This document shows, piece after piece, positions 63,137 to 64,000 of a stretch of 64,000 bases of DNA (the stretch's first letter is position 1; the number at the start of each line of letters is the position of its first letter). The stretch covers positions 180,918,001-180,982,000 of the forward strand of contig NC_058368.1 in NCBI RefSeq assembly GCF_018350175.1, in the 5' to 3' direction. Source of the stretch: Felis catus (lineage: Eukaryota). The position numbers and the translations under genes are program-made. The notes beneath the pieces are model-generated. The model made no database searches. It was not told the DNA's origin and worked only from the letters and a program-made list of their open reading frames with translations.

Positions 63137-63739
63137 GTCTCTGATGACCACATTTTCAACCACCTACCAATATATAGTTTTGTTTTATGTGTGTTTCTGT
63201 TTAAAGACATCTTATTTAATAGATATTGTTGATTCGTGAACCTTGAACCCATGGCCAACAGCACTGTGACTCCTGCTTGAACAAAGCCTACCCACCACAT
63301 GTGTTTTCTCCATAAGGCACACCCCAGCCTTCTTGTGCTTATGATTGCTAGATAGACCTCCAGCTCTGCACTCAAGGGACATCTTAAATTTTTTTAATGT
63401 TTATTTATTTTTGAGAGAGGGGGGAAGGGCAGCGAGACAGGAAGACACAAAATCTGAAGCACGCTCCAGGCTCTGAGCTATCAGCACAGAGCATGATGGG
63501 GGACTTGAACTCACAAACCCTGAGATCATGACCTGAACCGATCATGACCTTAAGCCGGGCTTAACAGAATGAGCCACCCAGGTGCCCTCCCAGGGTCATT
63601 TTAAGGCATCTTTCACTGCTCTGCACGTACCCAGCCTAAGGATCAAAGTGCCATTGAGTACTGATTTTGGGATTATCGATACATTTCAGTGAGCATGCAA
63701 ATTACAAGTATGAAATCCATGAGTAATAAAGATCAACTA
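63137..63739 (-). mobile_element. MER82-like Tigger (Tc1/mariner) non-autonomous DNA transposon, split by a SINE
   Basis: Matches recalled MER82 (…TTTAAACAGAAACACACATAAAACAA…; terminal GAAATCCATGAGTAATAAAGATCAACT); contains a decayed transposase N-terminus. Confidence 0.75.
63388..63588 (-). mobile_element. Can-SINE inserted in MER82
   Basis: Reverse SINE ending GAGCCACCCAGGTGCCC; TSD AGGGWCATYTTAA; internal duplication of GATCATGACCT. Confidence 0.93.
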
Positions 63740-64000
63740 TATTACAAAGGCATGCTAGTATCAAATGGAAGTTTTCTCCTTGAGATAATGAAGGCTGTAA
63801 GACTGTCAACACCAAACACTACTCTTGCCATGTGATTCAATGTACTTAATGCCAACTGTGTGACCCAGCTACTCCCCTGGAGTATTGTCACTGGTACTTG
63901 TTTCATGATTTGGGAGATTCTCCCACATCTCTATAAATCTGAGATATTTGAGATTCTTCTGTGGCTTCCTGAAGCTTGGCCCTGGCCTCTCTGGAACACT

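Noticed and set aside
63121..63375. 84-aa ORF
   Set aside because: Out-of-frame read of the decayed Tigger/MER82 transposase remnant
1..64000. tRNA genes, CRISPR arrays, operons or other prokaryotic or viral systems
   Set aside because: The tRNA-like A/B boxes all belong to SINE heads; there are no regularly spaced repeat-spacer arrays or long coding runs, and the sequence is mammalian

Overview
This is AT-rich mammalian genomic DNA, almost certainly from a felid, because it carries 18 Can-SINEs of the SINEC_Fc type, two of them very young and CpG-intact. The window is essentially non-coding: intronic or downstream sequence made of SINEs, old eutherian repeats (MIR, L2, L1M, MLT1 and MER77/MER21-like LTRs, hAT and Tc1/mariner MER elements), microsatellites and repeat-free blocks that look like conserved enhancers. 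Nearly all ORFs in the supplied track are spurious. The only gene-like structure I can support is a pair of candidate minus-strand exons near 60.45-60.73 kb, which could encode alternative C-termini of a gene I cannot name. A 302-codon antisense ORF overlaps them. Other notable items are a SINE with a captured LTR fragment (62.4 kb), a poly(A)-only retrotransposition scar with a 15-bp TSD (62.3 kb), two closely spaced inverted SINE pairs and a probable ancient RTE-X/L4 LINE fossil. I found no convincing novel multi-gene system. Repeat family names come from my recall of consensus sequences, not from a search, and boundaries of old repeats are approximate.
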